From assembly GCA_964537525.1 (NCBI GenBank), contig CAZIAB010000001.1, forward strand, positions 425 through 64,424: a DNA stretch of 64,000 bases, in the 5' to 3' direction. This document shows positions 62,001 to 64,000 of this stretch, piece by piece. Under the pieces are notes generated by a model. That model saw only the letters and a list, made by a program, of their open reading frames with translations, was not told where the DNA came from and did no database searches. Both the position numbers and the translations under genes were made by a program. Within the stretch, counting starts at the first letter, position 1; each line of letters starts with the position of its first letter. The DNA comes from an uncultured archaeon (GTDB lineage: Archaea > Aenigmatarchaeota > Aenigmatarchaeia > QMZP01).

Positions 62001-64000
62001 GACCGGCGAGCCCCAGAATGCCTCCCCGTATTTCCTCACGAAGAGCTCGAGCGTCACGTTGTCGAGGTCCTCGTCGGTAACGTTGACGCTGAAGTAGAAC
62101 CTCTCGCCCCACCCACCCGGATTCGTGAGGGGAAGCGTATCATTGAGGACAGGGGTAGTGCTCACAAAGAAGTGGTCTGCCTGATAATCAGTTCCGTTGT
62201 AGTAGAAGTTGCTGAATGATGTGGTTGTCGTTGAATACCACCTTGCCAGCTTACCTGCCGTCCCCCAAGTGCAGTTGTAGTAACCGGTCGTCTGGTTAGT
62301 TACTGGTGTGCAGGAGAAATTCGCGCTGCTCTCGTGGGTAAGCGTGAAGGACGCGTTCACGTCCTCCCTGAACATGTCGCAGTCGTCGTCAACGAACACC
62401 TCCATGGTGACGTCCTCCACCCCCCTCTCGAAATCGTCACCTATGCTGGGCTCTGTTATGTCATTGTACAGGTTGCCCCAGATGCTCATGTTGTATTCTG
62501 GGGTGACGTTGTTGTAGTAGCACGAGTCGGTTATCTGCGCGTACCACGTCTGGTTCCCTGGCCTGTAGACAGGGACGTCGCAGCCGGGGTCGAAGTATAT
62601 GTTTGAATATCCGGAGGTGTTAGTGGTGTTGTCTGTCCCGTAGTCGTATTCAGAGCCGTTATAGGTGACGTAGAGCGTCACGTTGTAGCCGCTCCCTATC
62701 AGCTCGTTCTTTATCAGGTCCGTTATGTTGACTGTTACGAGTGCCGTCTGGGTCCCTGTCCTGTTGGCGACCGAGTGAGAGAAGACGCGCTCTATCTTCG
62801 CAATGTCTGTGGTTATGTTGGGACCGGAGACGTTGTTCGTGTAGTTCGTGTTGGTGCCGTCCATTATCTTGAAGTGGAAGAGGTTGTCGTCACCTATGTG
62901 GCTGCAGTCGAAGTTCCCAACGCTCAGGTTGCACCAGTCCCTTCCACCTATTATCGTGGTGTTGTTCATGAGTACGTAGGACGACCCTCCGTTGGTGGAT
63001 ACGTAGAGCTCGCAGGTCACGTTGTCCTGCTGGGTGTCCCAGATATAGGTAGAGTATTCGAAAACGTCACCCCATCCGCTCTGGTTGGGAGTCAGGCCGG
63101 TCTGGTTTATCGTGGGCGGCGTATTCAGCAGGAATATCCAATCGTCCCAGACAGTGGAGTTGCTGTTGTACCAGGGCTTGCTGGAGTTGAGCCTTATGTC
63201 CCAGTACCCGCCCATGTGGAACGAGGTGTCCCACGTGTAGTTATACCAGCCGCTTCCCTCCTCCTCAGGGGAGTAGGACTCCCATTCATCGAGGGGCGAA
63301 CTGAAGGAGATGTCGGTTGCTGCGGAATCCTGCATGTCGCTCATGCCGCAGTCCGTGGTGACGTTGAACCTGGAGATCACGGAGTCACCCACGGCAATGA
63401 TGTCATCCTCATCCGGAAGTTCCAGGTTGTTCTTAAGCTGGCCGATTATGCTCATGTTGTAGCTGCTTCCGAAGGCAGGGGTGTAATAGCATTCGTCCTC
63501 GGACGTTATGTTGGCCCTGAACCTGTGCGTGCCCGCCGTGTAGAAGGGAGTGCACAAGGGGTCAAAATAGATACCCAGGTCACCGCTGGAATTTGTCTGG
63601 TTGAGCGTTCCTGAATCCCAGTCATTCAAATCAGTTCCGTTGAGGTTGACGAATATTGTTCCGTTCACCCCTCCGCTGGTTATGATGTCGCTGCCGTTGT
63701 CAAGGTCTATGAAATAGAATGCGAGGTAGCTTGTCTCAGAACCCTCCCTGTTGACCATGGAGTTTATGCTAAAGCTCCTTGGTATCGCGGTAAGCCTGTC
63801 CTTGAGCATGTCAAAGCTTCTCGTGTCCGTCGTGGACGTGTCGCCCCACATGTCAGTCGCGTTTATCTTGAAGTAGTTCGTTCCCACGTCATCGCACTCA
63901 AAGCTCATCGTCAGGTTGTACTCCTGCTCTCCGCTGGGTGTCAGCGTGAGGTTCGTAACGAGGGTCCAGTTATCTGTTGAGTTGTAGGACTTCCATAAAT
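53073..64000 (-). CDS. giant surface protein (more than 3640 aa, N-terminus beyond the window edge) fused by a single TM helix to a C-terminal cytoplasmic HerA/FtsK-superfamily (DUF87-like) P-loop ATPase domain
   Basis: The reading frame stays open to position 64000 (hand translation upstream of the track start gives ...LWKSYNSTDNWTLVTNLTLTPSGEQEYNLTMSFE...). Thousands of residues are N-x-S/T-rich. Near the C-terminus: a CPTDCP segment, then a PEPPPPAEGGGGGGAAGGAGAGAGAAAGAAGG linker, two CARDB-like domains and TM (WVTYLIMFMMIPAVYGGFYAWRWW). The cytoplasmic part has Walker A (GISAGSTGAGKTVSAMI...IPIIVFDPTAQWTGF), Walker B (LFIVYDEVHRLLPK) and a HerA-type arginine-finger region (REFRKWGIGIWLISQVLMDFKGAIRANISNEIQMRT). 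It ends in a coiled-coil with the SHOCT-like ...LKSRGLDVTDIEFELKLAKDKV. Confidence 0.8.
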   Translation of the reverse strand, partial: LWKSYNSTDNWTLVTNLTLTPSGEQEYNLTMSFECDDVGTNYFKINATDMWGDTSTTDTRSFDMLKDRLTAIPRSFSINSMVNREGSETSYLAFYFIDLDNGSDIITSGGVNGTIFVNLNGTDLNDWDSGTLNQTNSSGDLGIYFDPLCTPFYTAGTHRFRANITSEDECYYTPAFGSSYNMSIIGQLKNNLELPDEDDIIAVGDSVISRFNVTTDCGMSDMQDSAATDISFSSPLDEWESYSPEEEGSGWYNYTWDTSFHMGGYWDIRLNSSKPWYNSNSTVWDDWIFLLNTPPTINQTGLTPNQSGWGDVFEYSTYIWDTQQDNVTCELYVSTNGGSSYVLMNNTTIIGGRDWCNLSVGNFDCSHIGDDNLFHFKIMDGTNTNYTNNVSGPNITTDIAKIERVFSHSVANRTGTQTALVTVNITDLIKNELIGSGYNVTLYVTYNGSEYDYGTDNTTNTSGYSNIYFDPGCDVPVYRPGNQTWYAQITDSCYYNNVTPEYNMSIWGNLYNDITEPSIGDDFERGVEDVTMEVFVDDDCDMFREDVNASFTLTHESSANFSCTPVTNQTTGYYNCTWGTAGKLARWYSTTTTSFSNFYYNGTDYQADHFFVSTTPVLNDTLPLTNPGGWGERFYFSVNVTDEDLDNVTLELFVRKYGEAFWGSPVNTTTLYGPISENAILSWQETDCNNIDTWEYYFHAQDTRIPALENQTSPVNYTVEKDDVQVQYYMGDDEYVWRNGSDEQELSLRIWDTDRGMTAGSNVNASFWVTTNASDPTSWDPGITTVSNGSGHISYFFPTDAPIQECNYTTGNQIWKGGSGGLQNDTCFKSANSSEYNLTIKSNLVPVIHYPNGEGFLWGQPVIMNGTINDDCEMVADANVIYSMMIFPNYYNRSNTNPIHNTSSYGSWSEGGGWYNFTWLDTARGTGWYNLSMVVSKTFYGNNESFYINKFFLGLAPVLSNPSVSPTLDGWGRTFTFAVRVTDNDGNYNNVTLWKRIWNQTAGDWTNWTLINETYKNNLIGKYVYFYQEFTCADMGVNQYRFMTVDQFNFSDEIGPYNFTIEADNVSFSLGSSNSTVRRLGSQTAFLEFVIYDYDEGEYPNGTDGKVWVTEDHANYTVEMDCTTADSGRCSVDYPPDCGSDVGVQYWIGGTSDSCYQPLNASARPLTVYGQLYVNTTSPSSGQVLNRNVTETLNLTVGDECGNQISDSHAYWFNESWILINDTTDGSQGWYNSTWLVPYNYVLGSEILRMNATRQYFDLGNNQTSVLVYGWSWVYNILPANGTEVDAGTWVTLRCYVRDNNTNQVITGYNVSFYKNGTYQDSDDSDGTGEATWNWNTGLESPDYYNITCTIGNDSTLYYNTTTNMSYRTSIIRVRRQLKIDDIDLSEAWIYRNDSYSPHETEIDVHVKDANVGNAAGANVTFWNSTGFIDFCITNSVGNCNITYNVTDTINPGNYTVYINATKSGLEDSDTYETYLEVRGVLILNITSPENNTAYAKNETVTLTVDVTDEMGNDMTATTNPLWWNESSYLGDGISRPLNLSNQATGNRTIKANASKTYYASGEDYVTIIVSGLSIVQWIYPTNGTQLPYPINFTTICRVIDSESMNGIPNYDVDLWYHWYSQPYQFIENFTTNSTGYTNYTFEPVQKGNITFKCNITDAPEMEIIVHTDQAEGSLYVRDVTPPVITNVSAIPNVSLEANLNYTNITANVTDDIGVDLVWAQIELPNGSIHNHTMTNMTPSGDLYRLTYVPLIDGEHAVTVWARDLGWEYNKNYSYAGNLSVWGKSWGRVYTTYEVLVNGITQSNDFEVDLVVNFTSEGPANMYDVELIAYDEPNDTIEINDTFQSCGDMAPWDNCTWDLHVRVPEGTPPMLIKLWVNASWTNPELTTNMSSNYTMFDVSSNPVVEITPSYLHNTTPHDKTTYIGSVTVVSSGNDAVEDIELALVDAAGNFATECPECEITIIPSTQGFLAAGYNFTVQLTAIIPAGQDPDDYWTYLRATTSNAGTDDSMINITVPLNTSWWRTPTNFTKVLALLNTSGFIGNISVYNTGNRKTAFRVYKLGNGTDLVYTEPSYFDLDKQTRRNVSVYYQILSGQQQGLYYVNLLTRNTTATPNEYGTDFYLNVTDIPPNITQVNITPMVFEVGFEVVNISARITDNFDVSTAWINVTLPNGTILKQYMSGALKPVYNVTYNGTSGGYHNISVCANDTAGLWGCTAKVPVLGAANTPMLIEPNVTYVNISDVRLYTGSSFDVNFTLSPEYARAYSVNANISIPSGWTSIPNTFSVGTIMKYSSGTGESRIYIVNGTLPGEYYVNISSNWTNLDSSAGSNTTSIIVNVLPNPMIDIVQANLSYVIMGGNSYNSTMTIQSIGNANATNITFHCLSGTVCSNFTQTYYPVNISLIEPGDYEYVNVDVGVPMMYETGQYFGTLQANASGLSTDTVTLVVNVPLNLSWLQTPPVIDVTVSHQTSGTFGYIEIQNIGNAYVILDIVKSGDIYPYIGINATRLYMPIGNYETLRINYTAPFVASFTNYSGLVTTQNVSADPPTRYTTVYLRVHPYSLNITSPTETSPTINITPGQSTWVYANVTYGGLPLNDSNYLNFTLVMRNATWSQQMTFNNLTFSNTTNLWGMNITAPNISLARGYDLNLTVIYTNYSLVLSDYETKAIIYQDPYPPLISLYVPAKVPSNSTVEIITNATDTGGVKNATLTITYPDISTQVYDMTYLYMTGDIYTFRQYFSNTSQVGVHYASTTACDYSGNCNSTNTSFEIYPAVIFHGYTKDEEKIHKPAISVDFTLFVPGESTVLFNFASNATLGGYYNETIDMRAYDIRTDFLNETATLYNTYLQDDVYNPYMFGEIPNVRLPTKSLKGVWINTSQLNYTYGTVNFTSEECYTAGTCKTNDFSLTSLGIYRCSSWVLLSGCTNATGWTRLDTDVNTSSGIVTANSTTMTGAFVLAQYICGDRICHDDYGESNANCPTDCPIIIPEPPPPAEGGGGGGAAGGAGAGAGAAAGAAGGAPQIEIDSTLIYVVLDQGDYEIHSMEIRNNRNTPITVETSVQAGSPIWDMVTIERPLITVAGGQTEQIKIKLYSMPNTAPGIYTGDIITHLVELNKTYRTPVTINVVQVPIPLLDVAIKALTKTVAPGEEFRFEVTLVNMGETATVEDIVAEYKIKNLNTDEIITTMKETVGVEQKYAFRRNITIPYETPYDRYVIEANVSYWYGTKYAFASDAFEVTELPGLLVALRNVFMSWVTYLIMFMMIPAVYGGFYAWRWWKEKHKKKSRYIFPMDMKKLPQAGKDSFLIGRIAETDVNAYMDVRQLQTHGISAGSTGAGKTVSAMIAVEELLKRKIPIIVFDPTAQWTGFLRPCRDKKMLDLYPNFGLKPTDAKRFPGRLIKITDPETSIDVRNYMVPGEITVVLIDKMDPAQLDTFVRRTISDIFKIPWPEARELKLFIVYDEVHRLLPKYGGKGGYVALERGCREFRKWGIGIWLISQVLMDFKGAIRANISNEIQMRTKYTGDIRRVKQKYGSEYASTITKLKTGTGMFQNAEFNHGKPYFIEFRPLLHDVGRLSEVEINTYVKYDTELNEIEMEVARLKSRGLDVTDIEFELKLAKDKVRQTMFTMAKTYMDSVRNRIRKIGGTIK
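54955..55050. repeat. GC-rich low-complexity tract encoding the Pro/Gly/Ala linker of the giant ATPase-fusion protein
   Basis: cctgccgcccctgctgctgccccggcacctgccccggcaccgccggccgcgcctccgccccctcctcctt corresponds to PEPPPPAEGGGGGGAAGGAGAGAGAAAGAAGGAP in the minus-strand product. Confidence 0.6.

Noticed and set aside
45442-63614. Numerous plus-strand ORFs of 60-280 aa antisense to the 1972-aa and more-than-3640-aa genes, with V/G/R/Y-rich translations
   Set aside because: They are mirror-image artefacts of the AAC/ACC/GTC-rich sequon-coding strand. There are no start-context signals, and the minus-strand frames are uninterrupted for 6-11 kb.
45378-64000. Halophile (nanohaloarchaeal SPEARE-type) giant-protein interpretation
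   Set aside because: The housekeeping and giant proteins are not acid-shifted (they have abundant K/R). The composition looks non-halophilic. No protease or nuclease domains were recognised in the visible parts.

Overview
This 64-kb window reads as archaeal, probably euryarchaeal or DPANN-like, with moderate GC by eye. The supporting genes are RNAP subunit Rpo11/L, AglB/STT3 oligosaccharyltransferase, a form-III RuBisCO, Dph2, digeranylgeranylglycerophospholipid reductase, archaeal-type TIM and SecF/SecD. TATA boxes sit about 25-35 nt upstream of several start codons, which suggests leaderless transcripts, and internal operon genes carry GGTG-type ribosome-binding sites. The ORF track translates TTG/GTG starts as M, so I moved several starts to ATG.

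The first ~24 kb is housekeeping. It holds RtcA (partial) with a beta-CASP RNase, an orphan form-III RuBisCO, a lone PorG-like gamma subunit, an ATP-grasp ligase, Dph2, a CNNM/CorC transporter, class-II HMG-CoA reductase, a phosphohexomutase, rpoL, AglB with a heavily sequon-loaded surface glycoprotein, geranylgeranyl reductase, SecFD, PEP synthase and TIM.

From about 24.3 kb to the window end (and beyond) the character changes into a large accessory island that I could not match to any described system. It encodes:
- two tandem giant cytoplasmic coiled-coil proteins (1773 and 838 aa) built from ~90-aa repeat units, with DNA-level tandem repeats;
- a MinD/ParA ATPase;
- one intact single-domain KaiC/RecA-like ATPase and two P-loop-less (inactivated) KaiC-like paralogs;
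- a double-PAS protein, a large 7TM-plus-extracytoplasmic-sensor histidine kinase, and two stand-alone CheY receivers with no DNA-binding regulator;
- three giant signal-peptide-bearing, N-x-S/T-saturated surface proteins of 1352, 1972 and more than 3640 aa (the last partial). All share a C-terminal module of helical stalk, TM helix and a cytoplasmic SHOCT-like tail;
- a 587-aa cytoplasmic SHOCT/coiled-coil protein with a lysine-rich linker.

The largest surface protein ends, after its TM helix, in a cytoplasmic HerA/FtsK-superfamily (DUF87-like) P-loop ATPase domain. My hypothesis is a regulated, cytoskeleton-coupled cell-surface apparatus for adhesion or cell-cell contact. No rRNA, tRNA, CRISPR array, transposase or integrase was recognised.
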